Below the pieces are notes generated by a model. That model was not told the origin of the DNA. It saw only the letters and a list, made by a program, of their open reading frames with translations, and searched no databases. The position numbers and the translations under genes are program-made. Positions 27,724 to 38,449 of a DNA stretch of 64,000 bases are shown here, piece after piece. Each line of letters starts with the position of its first letter. The stretch's first letter is position 1. Source of the stretch: a virus. Its lineage: Duplodnaviria; Caudoviricetes. The stretch is from positions 1-64,000 of the IMG/VR virus record IMGVR_UViG_3300029288_000097, one strand, 5' to 3'.

Positions 27724-28200
27724 GTGACAAAGGTTCCTGATGGCCTCAAAAGTCAGGGTTACCCGGCGTTGAAGCGCAACTATAAAATGTTTCAACGTCG
27801 GGTTTATGACGCTCTGGCAGATTTGACTCCCACAAAGTTCCAGTTTTTGATGCACTGCCGTAAGGATCGCATGAGTTTTAACTGGGAAGGCATTGATGCT
27901 GCCACCTTTAGATTTATCGGTGATGTGCTGGTAGAGCTGCTTGATGATAAGAAGTTGCTGGTCACCGAACACGATGTTATTATCAGTTTCAATAGATTCC
28001 GTGAGCTGATCTGGAAGCATGAATGTGTGCGCCAGGGGATGCTTCGTGAAGTTCCCAATGCGGATGGTTCTGTGGATTATGAACTTGTAAATGAGGAGCC
28101 AGCTGCCAAGATCGATGACGATGTTATTTATCGAAAAGTTCGTAAGCGGCATTTTGCTCGAATCAAACAGGTAATTATACCAGATGACAAGCATGAATGA
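27724..28200 (+). CDS. hypothetical protein
   Basis: GTG27724 after AAGGAG, in frame with the tracked ORF. Confidence 0.5.
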   Translation: MTKVPDGLKSQGYPALKRNYKMFQRRVYDALADLTPTKFQFLMHCRKDRMSFNWEGIDAATFRFIGDVLVELLDDKKLLVTEHDVIISFNRFRELIWKHECVRQGMLREVPNADGSVDYELVNEEPAAKIDDDVIYRKVRKRHFARIKQVIIPDDKHE

Positions 28201-28213
28201 AGTGAGCTATAAT
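28168..28213 (+). promoter_or_regulatory. operator palindrome + promoter (copy 6)
   Basis: CAGGTAATTATACCAG, ATGACA-18-TATAAT. Confidence 0.8.
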
Positions 28214-28249
28214 GTATAAAGTTGACTGAATGCTCAGAAAGGATCGCCT

Positions 28250-30298
28250 TTGACAATGCTTACTGTAAATGATTTTTTTGAACCGGAATCTGGGATCATT
28301 GCATCAGTTATGCCCGAGTTTATACCACGTAAAGGGCAGGCTGATTTAAGCAATTTGATTTTGGATGCTTATGAGAAAAGGCATCCTGTTATAGTTGAAG
28401 CACCTACTGGCTATGGTAAGAGCTTTGCTGTACTCGTCCCTTCGATTATTAAGGTGTTGAACAGTGGAGGTCGCGTTATTATCTCCACTGAAACATTGGC
28501 TCTTCAAGACCAGTATTACTACAAAGATATACCCATGCTTCAACAGGCATGTGAGAATAAGGGTATCAAGTTCACGTATGAAGTGGCAAAGGGTCGAGGT
28601 AACTATATATGCCGTCATAAGTTGAGTGAAGAGACGGCTTTGGATACCGATTCTCGTTTGATAAAATGGGCTGCAGACCAACAGCCTGCTTTCTTTGAAG
28701 AAGGTCAATGGCTGTATGATACCGGAGACATCAGTAGTGTTCCATTCGAGTTCGACATCAAAGAATGGAAGCAGTTTGTCGGAGCCGATGAAGAGTGTGG
28801 CAAACGTGCATGTCCATTCTATGGGATGGGTAAGAAAGGTAGTGATTGTTTTGCCCATGAAGCTGCGAGTAGATTTCAGCATGCACAGATCGTGATAACA
28901 AATCACACGCTGTTATTGCTGGACGCACAAATCGGTCTTGGCACTTTGCTTGGGGAGTTTGACTTACTGATTATCGATGAAGGACACAGCTTGGCTGAAC
29001 GTGCTCAAAATGCCTGGGGCATTATACTTAAACCTACCACAGTATCCCGCACAATGCACTACTGTAATCGTATGTTGAAAGAATTGGGAATAGAGCAATT
29101 TATCAAGGTGAACCAGTATAAAGTGCTGGAGCAGGATATATTCTCACCATTCTTTTCTGTGGTCGAGCAAAGCACCAAGATGGATCAAATCAGTGATGAG
29201 GTCAAGGGCAAATCAAAGGACGCTTCAGCTGTTATTCGAGACATTCTTAAAGCAGACTTCAGGCGTGTAGATAGTAGGATCAATGAGCCCGAGGGATCGA
29301 AGCGCACACAAGCTCTCAACGATATAAAAGAGAAGATTTCTAAGCTTATTCATGCTGTTTCCGCAGTGTATGGTGACAAGGTAAGTGAGGAAGTAGCTGA
29401 TAACTGGCTTTCGTTTGTTGAGAATACCCAAACTGATAAGAGCAAACAACCTCGAATCATTCTCAACTTAAAACCTGTCGATGTCGCTCCTCTGCTTAAA
29501 GCCAGAATCCATGATGTGATCTATTGCACCATTATTATGTCAGCTACAATGCGACTGAACGAGGGTGGCTTTGGCTTTATGAAGCGTGAGTTAGGTATGC
29601 CGGAGACAACAGTCAACTTTGTTGGAGATACACCGTTCGACTTTGAAAAACAAGTTGTAGGCTATTTTCCGACTCATCTTCCTGACAATAATAGTCGGGA
29701 CTATATACCAGCTCTCACCGATGAAGTTGTGAAGCTTATTGACTACTGGAAAGGGCGCACAATGATTCTGTTTACCAACGTATCGCACATGCGCCAAGTC
29801 TACAATGCGGTAGCCAATAGGGTGCCATATCGCTGCTATATCCAGGGCCAAATGCAGAAGCGTGTGCTTACCGAGCAGTTCAGTAAGGAAACTCAATCGT
29901 GTTTGTTTGCTACTCGCAGCTTCTTTACTGGTGTCGATATTCCAGGTGAGACACTTAGCTGTGTGGCTCTGGTAAAAGCTCCATTTAGGGTGCCCACGGA
30001 GCCTATGTTCAAGGCCAAATGTGATCTTCTTGATAAGCATGGCTTGAACTCATTCGTCAACTATTCTATGCCTCTGATGTTATTTGACATCAGACAAAGC
30101 TTTGGACGGTTGATCCGTAAAACAAGTGATACTGGTATGTTTGCTCTGCTGGATAGTAAAGCTATGAAGATGAGCTATGGAGCCAGTATCCGAAAGGCGT
30201 TACCACGTATACAGGAAGTAAGACAACTCGGAAGTGCACCGATGGCACCACGAGTAGAGAAAAAACGAGTTTCAACAGCTTTGCTTGAGTTAGATTAG
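28250..30298 (+). CDS. DinG/YoaA-family SF2 helicase
   Basis: R.GQ, EAPTGYGKS, KGRGNYIC, C...CP...C, DEGH, SAT, GVD.PG, RQSFGRLIR. Confidence 0.9.
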   Translation: MTMLTVNDFFEPESGIIASVMPEFIPRKGQADLSNLILDAYEKRHPVIVEAPTGYGKSFAVLVPSIIKVLNSGGRVIISTETLALQDQYYYKDIPMLQQACENKGIKFTYEVAKGRGNYICRHKLSEETALDTDSRLIKWAADQQPAFFEEGQWLYDTGDISSVPFEFDIKEWKQFVGADEECGKRACPFYGMGKKGSDCFAHEAASRFQHAQIVITNHTLLLLDAQIGLGTLLGEFDLLIIDEGHSLAERAQNAWGIILKPTTVSRTMHYCNRMLKELGIEQFIKVNQYKVLEQDIFSPFFSVVEQSTKMDQISDEVKGKSKDASAVIRDILKADFRRVDSRINEPEGSKRTQALNDIKEKISKLIHAVSAVYGDKVSEEVADNWLSFVENTQTDKSKQPRIILNLKPVDVAPLLKARIHDVIYCTIIMSATMRLNEGGFGFMKRELGMPETTVNFVGDTPFDFEKQVVGYFPTHLPDNNSRDYIPALTDEVVKLIDYWKGRTMILFTNVSHMRQVYNAVANRVPYRCYIQGQMQKRVLTEQFSKETQSCLFATRSFFTGVDIPGETLSCVALVKAPFRVPTEPMFKAKCDLLDKHGLNSFVNYSMPLMLFDIRQSFGRLIRKTSDTGMFALLDSKAMKMSYGASIRKALPRIQEVRQLGSAPMAPRVEKKRVSTALLELD

Positions 30299-30319
30299 TT
30301 CTTGGGGTATAATGTGACT

Positions 30320-30898
30320 ATGCTACAGTCTTCTTTTTACAATCGAGTAGGTGGGGTAATTGGGCCAGATGCATGCGAGCAGTTGGCTCTACAAGTTAAT
30401 AATGTGCCAAAGGATGGAGTTATTCTCGATTTAGAGTGTGGTGAAGGTCGCTCTACATTGAGCATGGCTTTTGCATTGAATGAAGATCATGGAAATGTAA
30501 AGATCATAGCTGTAGATACCCATGTTACTGATCTACGTTCTTCCACACCCTATGAAGATGGCACTATCATGAAGTTTCTTAAACATCTTCAGCACTACAA
30601 GGTTATGTCTCGGGTAATTCCAATGTTGATGCCCACCAGTAGTGTATTACAGGTGCTCAACAAACGATGTGCCAATCTTGTAGTAGTCAATCATCGAGAT
30701 AACATAGTGTCAACCTACTGCAATCTTGCTATAGCTCTTAATGCGATACGTAGAAATGGACGTATAGCTGTATGTTATCCCAGCAGAAATAATGAGCTGG
30801 AACAGAAAATAACATCATACATGGAAACATTTTACTTTACTCTAATAGTTAGCCGATCTGGAATTATGATATACGAATGCTCCAAGAAAGGAGGCTAA
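30320..30898 (+). CDS. class I SAM methyltransferase-like protein (degenerate motif I)
   Basis: ILDLECGEGRST, IIAVDTH; preceded by TTGAGT-17-TATAAT, probably leaderless. Confidence 0.6.
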   Translation: MLQSSFYNRVGGVIGPDACEQLALQVNNVPKDGVILDLECGEGRSTLSMAFALNEDHGNVKIIAVDTHVTDLRSSTPYEDGTIMKFLKHLQHYKVMSRVIPMLMPTSSVLQVLNKRCANLVVVNHRDNIVSTYCNLAIALNAIRRNGRIAVCYPSRNNELEQKITSYMETFYFTLIVSRSGIMIYECSKKGG

Positions 30899-30902
30899 AC
30901 CT

Positions 30903-31250
30903 ATGTGGGAAACAGTAATAAGTTTGGTGCAGGGATGGCTCAAGCCTGAGTATCTTTTGATTCTCGGTGTGCTTGGCCCGGCTGTAAAAACGATCTTGCC
31001 AATAGTCCGATATTTCATTCCGTCGAGTTGGTTTGACTCTAAGGGTAAAACCTCTCTCTGGCTGGCATTTGGACTATCTATGATCGCTACATTCGTGTAC
31101 AAAGGCGTCCAGCAAATAGGCACATGGGCCTGGGCTGATGTCCTGATGACTGTTGGTGTAGGATTCCTTGTTGGTTGCAGCTCTGTTGGTTATAACGTGA
31201 CCGTGCAGGCTGTGAAAGGCAATGATGTAAACATCAAGAAAACGAGCTGA
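30903..31250 (+). CDS. membrane protein with three transmembrane segments (holin-like)
   Basis: three hydrophobic segments, charged C-terminus. Confidence 0.5.
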   Translation: MWETVISLVQGWLKPEYLLILGVLGPAVKTILPIVRYFIPSSWFDSKGKTSLWLAFGLSMIATFVYKGVQQIGTWAWADVLMTVGVGFLVGCSSVGYNVTVQAVKGNDVNIKKTS

Positions 31251-31252
31251 GG

Positions 31253-31591
31253 ATGCGCCAAGGAACCTTGCCATTATGGATGGGCAGCGGAGTTACTTAC
31301 ACAGAGGCTCAAGCTTTCTGTGCAAAGCAATATGCCGCACAGGGCAAGACACTTATCGAAGAAGTAAAGCAGCACCTTGATTCTTTGAACGATGCCGAGA
31401 TCGATTCTGTAAGAGTGCTGCGTAGACTGAACGAGCTATCAATTGAGCTGTCTACGTTTAACTTGGAATGGGATGAGTTTTCACTTGCAGTATTTGAAAC
31501 CATTGTTTTTCCACATAGTCAAACGTGGACAGCTCGTTATTTAAGACTGGCTTTCAACCGAACCATAAAACGATTGGAGAAGATAGTATGA
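31253..31591 (+). CDS. hypothetical protein
   Basis: operon packing. Confidence 0.45.
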   Translation: MRQGTLPLWMGSGVTYTEAQAFCAKQYAAQGKTLIEEVKQHLDSLNDAEIDSVRVLRRLNELSIELSTFNLEWDEFSLAVFETIVFPHSQTWTARYLRLAFNRTIKRLEKIV

Positions 31592-31992
31592 TGAATCAAC
31601 CACCCATAGACCCGGATGATGGGCTTATTATCGAGGTATCTATACCCTCAAATACAGCCATATTTTACCTGGAAGCAGCTCTAAAATATGGTCTGAATGA
31701 GATGACTCGTAGTGGACAATTCATGCGTCTTGTAGGTGCCTATGAAGTCTGCACCAATATGGACGAAGCTGAAGAATCACTGAAGTCACTCATAAACTGT
31801 GTCACAGAGGCCAAGCAACATATCATAATGGCTCAATCGAGGTCCGCTTCCCAAGAAGCTCCAACTGATGATGGAGAGATTCCAGGGATCGCATTTGCTA
31901 AATCTGATTCAGCTGGACTTTCTGACGATGAAGAAGATGACGATGATGGCTCTTCTTCGGGCAAATCGGACAAAAGGTCTCCACTAAGTTGA
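31588..31992 (+). CDS. hypothetical protein with acidic tail
   Basis: GGAG SD, ATGA coupling. Confidence 0.5.
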   Translation: MMNQPPIDPDDGLIIEVSIPSNTAIFYLEAALKYGLNEMTRSGQFMRLVGAYEVCTNMDEAEESLKSLINCVTEAKQHIIMAQSRSASQEAPTDDGEIPGIAFAKSDSAGLSDDEEDDDDGSSSGKSDKRSPLS

Positions 31993-32588
31993 TGTTCAGC
32001 AATCTCGCCATCAAGAGCATGCATTAACTCTTCCAGACGATCTTCAGTCAGATTATTTATTCGTTGATCTACAGAGTCAAGCAGATCGACTTCAGCATTC
32101 TCGTTTTGAGCTGTTTGACTCTTATCATATTCCAAGCCAAGCAACTTAACTCTACGATCCAAAGCGTTGAGTTTTAGAGTGAGAAGTCTATTATTATCTC
32201 CTGGGCCTATTAACTGGTCATCGATTTGTTGTATAAGCCGGTCAAGGCTGGCTATAAGGCGTCCACGTTCCAGCTCACGGTCATCCATAGTGAGAGGCTT
32301 GCCCATTTGTCGCCAGTCACTTTTAAGCTCCTCAATTTCACTTGCAACCAGGTCACGACTGATCCCGAGTAGTGATGCTATCTGATCTACCGGGAGTCGA
32401 TATATAAGGTGTAGATGCTCTACCTTTGTGCGTACCGGCAGATTCACACGCAAGCCATAGCAACGAAACAGTTCATCTTCAGGATTCGCCAGCATAGGAG
32501 CCAGCTCATCGTCCTCATGACAAGCTGGCATTTGATCTGGGCAATCATCATCTAAACCAGCGGGCAAGATCGGTTTATCGCGTCTCAT
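31833..32588 (-). CDS. helix-turn-helix protein (regulator or small-terminase-like)
   Basis: LPVDQIASLLGISRDLVASEI; LDRRVKLLGLE. Confidence 0.6.
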   Translation of the reverse strand: MRRDKPILPAGLDDDCPDQMPACHEDDELAPMLANPEDELFRCYGLRVNLPVRTKVEHLHLIYRLPVDQIASLLGISRDLVASEIEELKSDWRQMGKPLTMDDRELERGRLIASLDRLIQQIDDQLIGPGDNNRLLTLKLNALDRRVKLLGLEYDKSQTAQNENAEVDLLDSVDQRINNLTEDRLEELMHALDGEIAEHQLSGDLLSDLPEEEPSSSSSSSSESPAESDLANAIPGISPSSVGASWEADLD

Positions 32589-35434
32589 TCTTCTTCCTCA
32601 AACTTCGGTTCTATTATGCTCCATTGATGGGTATTAACTCCAAACTGTGAGCGCACACGTGCCAGGTCGATTTTGACACACATCTCTTGGATTATAGGAT
32701 GGTCAGTAGGAAATCCCAACACTGGGCTATTACCACTATTGGCACAGTCTTTCAACAGGTTTCGGAAAGCAATATCATTCATCAATGCAGCTGATCCGGC
32801 TGAAGTTAAATAAGATCGAATCTCAGACCTCCATCGGTTTATATCGAAGTAAGCTTTTTCACGATCTACAAGATCAAGCACAAATACGCTTCCCTGCAGT
32901 GATGTATTCCTACGTGTGTTCATAATGATAGCAGAATCAGTAGCACGGAACAATTCATGCAGAGCAGATGATCCATAAGTAAGTTTACGTGCATCAGGAT
33001 CAGCAGCAAAAATGACACTAATAAAGCGGTCTTTACGAAGTGGGAACTCTAAGCCATACTCTTTGTAGATAAAGTACAGAACGTACAGACCGTACAGAAT
33101 AGCGGAGAATCCCCATCGTTTACGCTCAGTAACATCAGTCGAGCATTCAGCTTCGATCTTGTCGATACACTGTTCCATGATTCGCTTACAACGGTCAAGG
33201 TTATTGATAGTCCACTGAAGTATGATGGTTCCAAGCCATCCATCATGATCGCGTGAATGTAGCCAGCGCATTCTACGAGCCATAGCTACACGATCTTCAC
33301 CTTCCAGTGCTTTGATCTTGTATAGCCAATCGTGATTTATCGTTATGGAGAATATACGTTGGACGGCTGCATCTTCAGTTAAGGGATGCTCACCCGCGAT
33401 ACACATTGGGGCTTGAAATTGATCTGTGCAGACAGAGCGATCACTGCGCCCTGAACTACCACTGAGTCCATCCCATACCGAACGAATTACACCCAGGAAT
33501 TGTCCACCTTTAGATTTGCCATCATCTGGCCGTGGATTATCCCTGAAGTCATCAATAATGAGTGGGTATAGATTATTCGATGTTAGATGGCTATGCATGG
33601 CGAAGATGGTTGTTCGCTCATATGCTTTACCAATCTCGCAGCCATAATGAGGCCCAAGCATCTTAAACAAATGGCTTTTACCGGAACCAGCCAGACCATA
33701 AACAACGAGTACAGGATAACCCTCAACACGCTTCCTGAAAAATGCTGACATTGGACACCCGGCAAACCATGCCAGAGTAGGCCATATAAAGTGTGGCTCA
33801 TGATACTGACTATAGTATTCTCCGAATGTCTGAAGATACTCCTTGATGTCCTGCTCTTCAAGCTCTAAACGTGGGTTAGGTAAAGCTGTATCTGTGCCAC
33901 TGCCTGTCCATATATATTGCTCACTGGGCTGATCTGGTAGTAACAATACAGGTTTCTTTTTATGAACATCTAACCAGCCATAGTATGTAGACTCATGGAT
34001 TTCTGTTTCAGGACAATGCTCAGCTAACCATGCAATATACTGGGGCCAAGCTTTGGGTTGAAACACAGATATACCCGTAGGCATATGATTGATACGTGCA
34101 AAAGCTTTCGGATCGATATGTCCGGCAGGAGTGATCTCAACACGTTTTACCGGCTGTCCAGCTATTACTATGTCAGCCAGCCAGACAACATCATTCGTGT
34201 GGGCTTTGTGCAATTTACCAACTATATGCACTACAAAGTTGGAAAAACAAGTATGTTGGGCATTGGTTAAGTGAGTAAAAGTGCCTTTTTCAAAGAATGG
34301 ATCATCACCAACATCAGTCAAACTACCTTTAATTGGATCATAATTTTCCGGCTTAAAATCGATGCCCATTTTTGAGCAGTAAGCCTTCTTCATTCTGACC
34401 CAATAATCAACTATAGCCTCAGCATCAGGAGCTAAAGCAGCATAATTTGAGCGTAAACTTCTGAGCTTAGTAAGGTCTTGCTCATCGTAGGTGGTATCTA
34501 CTTCTGTATCACGAAACTGGTCATCACTGAGTAAGTTAGCAAGTTCCTTAAATACATTCTTACAAGCTTCTCGATTGATGCCTCCCTTACGTATTGTGCC
34601 AGCTAGATCGAGCATCATATAATGCCGTGAGCCTTCAGCCCAATCTTCTGAACCCTGGAATAGACACAACAATGCAAAGACTATGGATTTTGGAGCTGTG
34701 TTTTCGTTGACATGCTCAAACATTTTTTTGAGCTGTTTCATTGAATAGGTCGGAGGCTCTTTACCATCACGCTTGTTATAATGCGTGTTTACTTGGAAAT
34801 AAGTGCTGTACTCAGGCTTTACGTTAAAGGTGCCTGGTATACGCATGAGACGTGAATGTGAGCACACTTCCATGTCAGCTCCATAATACATTGCAAGCTG
34901 ACATAGTAGTGGAATAATGTGTTCTGCATACCGTTTCGGGTCTTTATCTACCTTAAACGGTGTATCAAGCTTATAGTAACCCTGAAGACCATCCTTACTG
35001 GATTCTACCCATACCGAAGCAGCATCTACACTTTTCATGTCAGCCAAAAATGCTTTGCCTGGCACTTGAATGTACTTAAAGAGATCAACGTCGAACCAGA
35101 GTGCAGGTATGTCTAAGATGTTTGTTTGTTTGCGCTTACCTTCACGAGTGTCTGTAGTACCGGTGGAAAAGTACATATTATACTTATGGCTGTGGACTCG
35201 CCACCACTCGGTATACAATTTTTCCGGGGCCGAATATGCATGCGAAATCATTGGCCCATCTTTTTTCTTTGTTTGGGCGGGTGCGCCTTCTACTTCATCA
35301 GCTTCGCAATCTGTCTCTGTTAATGTTTCTCCTGGCTTACTTTTCGATGTAGTTATGTATCCGTTCGGAGAGTCCCCAAAAAGAAAGCGCAAAAACGTAA
35401 TGGCTTTCTCGGCATCGGTTGTTAAAGTTGCCAT
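32585..35434 (-). CDS. primase-helicase (RepB-like/AEP primase + PriCT + P-loop NTPase)
   Basis: ALWFDVD, RLMRIPGTFNVK, W.EGSRH, GLAGSGKS, IIDD. Confidence 0.85.
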   Translation of the reverse strand: MATLTTDAEKAITFLRFLFGDSPNGYITTSKSKPGETLTETDCEADEVEGAPAQTKKKDGPMISHAYSAPEKLYTEWWRVHSHKYNMYFSTGTTDTREGKRKQTNILDIPALWFDVDLFKYIQVPGKAFLADMKSVDAASVWVESSKDGLQGYYKLDTPFKVDKDPKRYAEHIIPLLCQLAMYYGADMEVCSHSRLMRIPGTFNVKPEYSTYFQVNTHYNKRDGKEPPTYSMKQLKKMFEHVNENTAPKSIVFALLCLFQGSEDWAEGSRHYMMLDLAGTIRKGGINREACKNVFKELANLLSDDQFRDTEVDTTYDEQDLTKLRSLRSNYAALAPDAEAIVDYWVRMKKAYCSKMGIDFKPENYDPIKGSLTDVGDDPFFEKGTFTHLTNAQHTCFSNFVVHIVGKLHKAHTNDVVWLADIVIAGQPVKRVEITPAGHIDPKAFARINHMPTGISVFQPKAWPQYIAWLAEHCPETEIHESTYYGWLDVHKKKPVLLLPDQPSEQYIWTGSGTDTALPNPRLELEEQDIKEYLQTFGEYYSQYHEPHFIWPTLAWFAGCPMSAFFRKRVEGYPVLVVYGLAGSGKSHLFKMLGPHYGCEIGKAYERTTIFAMHSHLTSNNLYPLIIDDFRDNPRPDDGKSKGGQFLGVIRSVWDGLSGSSGRSDRSVCTDQFQAPMCIAGEHPLTEDAAVQRIFSITINHDWLYKIKALEGEDRVAMARRMRWLHSRDHDGWLGTIILQWTINNLDRCKRIMEQCIDKIEAECSTDVTERKRWGFSAILYGLYVLYFIYKEYGLEFPLRKDRFISVIFAADPDARKLTYGSSALHELFRATDSAIIMNTRRNTSLQGSVFVLDLVDREKAYFDINRWRSEIRSYLTSAGSAALMNDIAFRNLLKDCANSGNSPVLGFPTDHPIIQEMCVKIDLARVRSQFGVNTHQWSIIEPKFEEEE

Positions 35435-35523
35435 GTATTGGTTGACCTCACTCCTTTGGGTAATTGATATTATAGCTCACTCATAAATGTTTGTGGAGTC
35501 TTTTTTAGACCGATCTCGAAAAA

Positions 35524-35567
35524 CTGGTAGTTGTACTAGGCTTGCCACTACTATTATGCGGTATAAT
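35524..35567 (+). promoter_or_regulatory. degenerate operator + promoter (copy 7) in the divergent intergenic region
   Basis: CTGGTAGTTGTACTAG, 22 bp, then TATAAT. Confidence 0.55.
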
Positions 35568-35576
35568 GGATATGCG

Positions 35577-37076
35577 ATGAGAAGACCTCCATGGTGGGCA
35601 GCCCAAAAAGAAGCCTATAAACGAGCAAAGACTCTTATACATGATGGTATCCCGCTCCTTATGGAAATGGGGACCGGCAAAACACGCATAGCAGTGCAAC
35701 TACTTGAGTATCTATTTAAGTATTATGATGTGCGGCTAGTCTATGTAGTAGCTCCATTAGCTGCCATGCATGTATGGGTAGAGAACTGGCACGAATGGGC
35801 TAAGACTCCAGTAGCCTTTATCGATTTACATGATACTGGTAGTGAGGGTATCAGAGAAGCAGTGCGTTTGTCAAAACAAGGCTCACCGGTCATCTGTTTG
35901 GTCAATTATGAGACTGCTTGGTTCCTGGGTAAAAAGCGGGTCAAGGTTAAATTAGACGGTAAAACACGAACTCGTTTGAAGCATGTAGATACTACGATGG
36001 GCGACATCAAATGGGATATGGGTATTCTCGATGAGTCCACGGCTATCAAACATCCTGGCTCTAAAGTATCATCGTTCTTCTGCCGGACAATGAAATCACG
36101 CACACGATTCCGTATGATCCTCACTGGCAGTGCTTATATCAAACGGCCACTCGATGTGTATGCACAGATCAAGTTTTGCTGCACCAATCCTATATTTCCG
36201 TGGGATTATGCTGGTTTTAAGGCAGAATACTCTATACCACATCCTACGATACCACAAGCGATCCTGAGTTATCGTAATCTGAATGACTTTGTAAAACGCT
36301 TAGCCAGTTGTGCAATTCTCCTCAAAAAAGAAGATGTGCTGGACCTACCACCATTTGTGCACGAAACACGTAAGATCACGTTGAGTGCCAAGAGTCGAAA
36401 AATATATAACGAGATCACCGAGGAAAATTATGCTTATCTGGAAGAGCTTGAAGCCGATGGCATAGAAATCACAGCCTCACATGTATTCGCTGTTCAACGA
36501 AAGCAGATGCAGATTACATCAGGTTTCATCTATCCTGACCTTATACAGATCGGCGAGGGTGATGATGCTAAAATGATAAAGCCGGACGCTGTGCGCCTTG
36601 GCACCGAAAAGGTTAATGTGCTCTTGGATATAATTGACAAACGTGCCGGGGAGCCCACTATCATTGTAGTGCAGATGGATGAAGAAGAGGATATTGTATC
36701 GGAGGCATTGACCAAAAGTTTTGGCTTTACTCCAAAGATACTTAATGGTAGTGTTAAGGGTGCAGCTCGCAGGCATGAAATGATTCGAGCAGCTGCGCGT
36801 GAAGGTGACCCTTATTTTGTGGTCAAAGAATCAGTAGTAGCTCGTGGTGTAGATATGCGGGCATTCGACATGACCATATTTTACTCACACACGCCAGATA
36901 CCGAAGACTACGATCAGATGATGTCTCGTAACCATCGTGGTGGACAAACAAAGAATATCACGTATATGCACCTACTATGTGAGAACACAGTTGACTTACG
37001 AATTATGCGTATATTGCGCAATGATATGAACCTGGCTCGTCAGATCGAGCGTGATTGGAGAGCTTTGATTAAATGA
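35577..37076 (+). CDS. SNF2-family helicase
   Basis: MEMGTGKT, ILDEST.IK, ILTGS, GVD, Q..SRNHR.GQ. Confidence 0.9.
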   Translation: MRRPPWWAAQKEAYKRAKTLIHDGIPLLMEMGTGKTRIAVQLLEYLFKYYDVRLVYVVAPLAAMHVWVENWHEWAKTPVAFIDLHDTGSEGIREAVRLSKQGSPVICLVNYETAWFLGKKRVKVKLDGKTRTRLKHVDTTMGDIKWDMGILDESTAIKHPGSKVSSFFCRTMKSRTRFRMILTGSAYIKRPLDVYAQIKFCCTNPIFPWDYAGFKAEYSIPHPTIPQAILSYRNLNDFVKRLASCAILLKKEDVLDLPPFVHETRKITLSAKSRKIYNEITEENYAYLEELEADGIEITASHVFAVQRKQMQITSGFIYPDLIQIGEGDDAKMIKPDAVRLGTEKVNVLLDIIDKRAGEPTIIVVQMDEEEDIVSEALTKSFGFTPKILNGSVKGAARRHEMIRAAAREGDPYFVVKESVVARGVDMRAFDMTIFYSHTPDTEDYDQMMSRNHRGGQTKNITYMHLLCENTVDLRIMRILRNDMNLARQIERDWRALIK

Positions 37077-37345
37077 CCCCAGCTATAGCAGATATTGTTA
37101 TCACACATATCGATGACATGGATAAAGAATATTCATGCAAAGGTCGTTATTATGGCGATGGACGTGTGCTGGTACGACATGAAAATCGTTGGCTGGGTGT
37201 TGATCCTAACTGCTACCATTCAGATGATCCTAAACGACTCTTTATTGTGGCAACTGGCGAGTGGAGTTCGTTTAGAATACGGTCAGTGATTTTAGATTCC
37301 AAGGCCATAAAGAAAAATGCAAAACTGGTAAATATACCAGTTTGA
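37073..37345 (+). CDS. hypothetical protein
   Basis: abuts the helicase gene. Confidence 0.45.
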   Translation: MTPAIADIVITHIDDMDKEYSCKGRYYGDGRVLVRHENRWLGVDPNCYHSDDPKRLFIVATGEWSSFRIRSVILDSKAIKKNAKLVNIPV

Positions 37346-37370
37346 TTTCTCTGATAGGCTGAGGTATACT
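37325..37370 (+). promoter_or_regulatory. operator palindrome + promoter (copy 8)
   Basis: CTGGTAAATATACCAG, TTGATT-17-TATACT. Confidence 0.85.
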
Positions 37371-37411
37371 GTTACTGTTCCGAAATCACCAAACAAACTG
37401 GAGGATAAATC

Positions 37412-38443
37412 ATGAGTAGTGACAAGACGACGGGTACTACCGAAGAACTACGCGTACGAATCCCGAAAGCTGTAAAAAAGCAGCAGATTTTCGAGATCAT
37501 CGCGGAGGATGAAGACTTTCGCTTCGGTCGTATCAAGATCGAGCGTGACCGCCAGCGGTACACCCTCGCAGCTCCGGTAGAGGACGACGAAGATGCAATC
37601 AAGAGCGTCAAAGCGTTCTACGGAGTCATCCCCTATTTCCGCAAGGCATACTTCAAAGATCAGAACGATGCCACCAAAAAGGTCGAGAAGCGCGAAGTCG
37701 CTATCGTCCGCTGTGACAAGTATGTTCCTGAACTTCTGTATATCTCCTATGCAGGCTTCTGGAACTGGAAGGGCTTCCTCGCCGCTCTGGAGAAGCAAGA
37801 CCTTCATTACTCTCAGGTCATCGTAAAATTCACGGCTGAGCCGGGACAGTCCAAAGATGGACAGTACAAGTTCTCCAAGCCAAAAATGGAGATCGTTCGT
37901 GCTCTTACCGAGGACGAGTGGAACTACATTCAGGAACTTAGCAGCGTTGTTCGTACCCGTGTGAGGAAGTACAGCGACAATGATGCCCTGGATGCTGCTG
38001 AGGATAAGTTCCTCGATGAAGACGATAAGCCGAAGCAGGAGCCGGAGGCCGATGACGATGATGCCATCGCAGCGAAGGCAGCCAGTCGAACTCGTACTAT
38101 CGTTGAAACTGACGAAGACGACGAGGAAGAGGAAAAGCCTGCAGCTAAATCCACCCGGAAGTCATCTAAGGCTGCCGAGACCGAAAAGCCCAAGGGCAAA
38201 TCGGTTGAGGATGATGATGACGATGACGAGCCTGCACCTAAGTCAACTCGAAAATCATCTAAGGCTGCCGAGACCGAAAAGCCAAAGGGTAAATCGGTCG
38301 AGGACGACGAAGATGACGAGGAAGAGCCAGCTGCAAAAGGCAAGGGCTCATTCCCTGAGTTGGATGAGGATGACGATGAAGACTTGGCTCCCAAGCGAGG
38401 CAAGGCCGGTAAGTCCGTCGAAGATGACGAGGACGAAGACTAA
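37412..38443 (+). CDS. probable single-stranded DNA-binding protein with an acidic repeat tail
   Basis: lies before the polymerase; folded N-domain plus D/E/K-rich tail; strongly C-ending codon bias. Confidence 0.55.
   Translation: MSSDKTTGTTEELRVRIPKAVKKQQIFEIIAEDEDFRFGRIKIERDRQRYTLAAPVEDDEDAIKSVKAFYGVIPYFRKAYFKDQNDATKKVEKREVAIVRCDKYVPELLYISYAGFWNWKGFLAALEKQDLHYSQVIVKFTAEPGQSKDGQYKFSKPKMEIVRALTEDEWNYIQELSSVVRTRVRKYSDNDALDAAEDKFLDEDDKPKQEPEADDDDAIAAKAASRTRTIVETDEDDEEEEKPAAKSTRKSSKAAETEKPKGKSVEDDDDDDEPAPKSTRKSSKAAETEKPKGKSVEDDEDDEEEPAAKGKGSFPELDEDDDEDLAPKRGKAGKSVEDDEDED
38138..38326 (+). repeat. ~93-bp (31-aa) tandem duplication in the SSB tail
   Basis: PA.KSTRKSSKAAETEKPKGKSVEDD occurs twice. 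Confidence 0.9.
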
Positions 38444-38449
38444 ACCATA

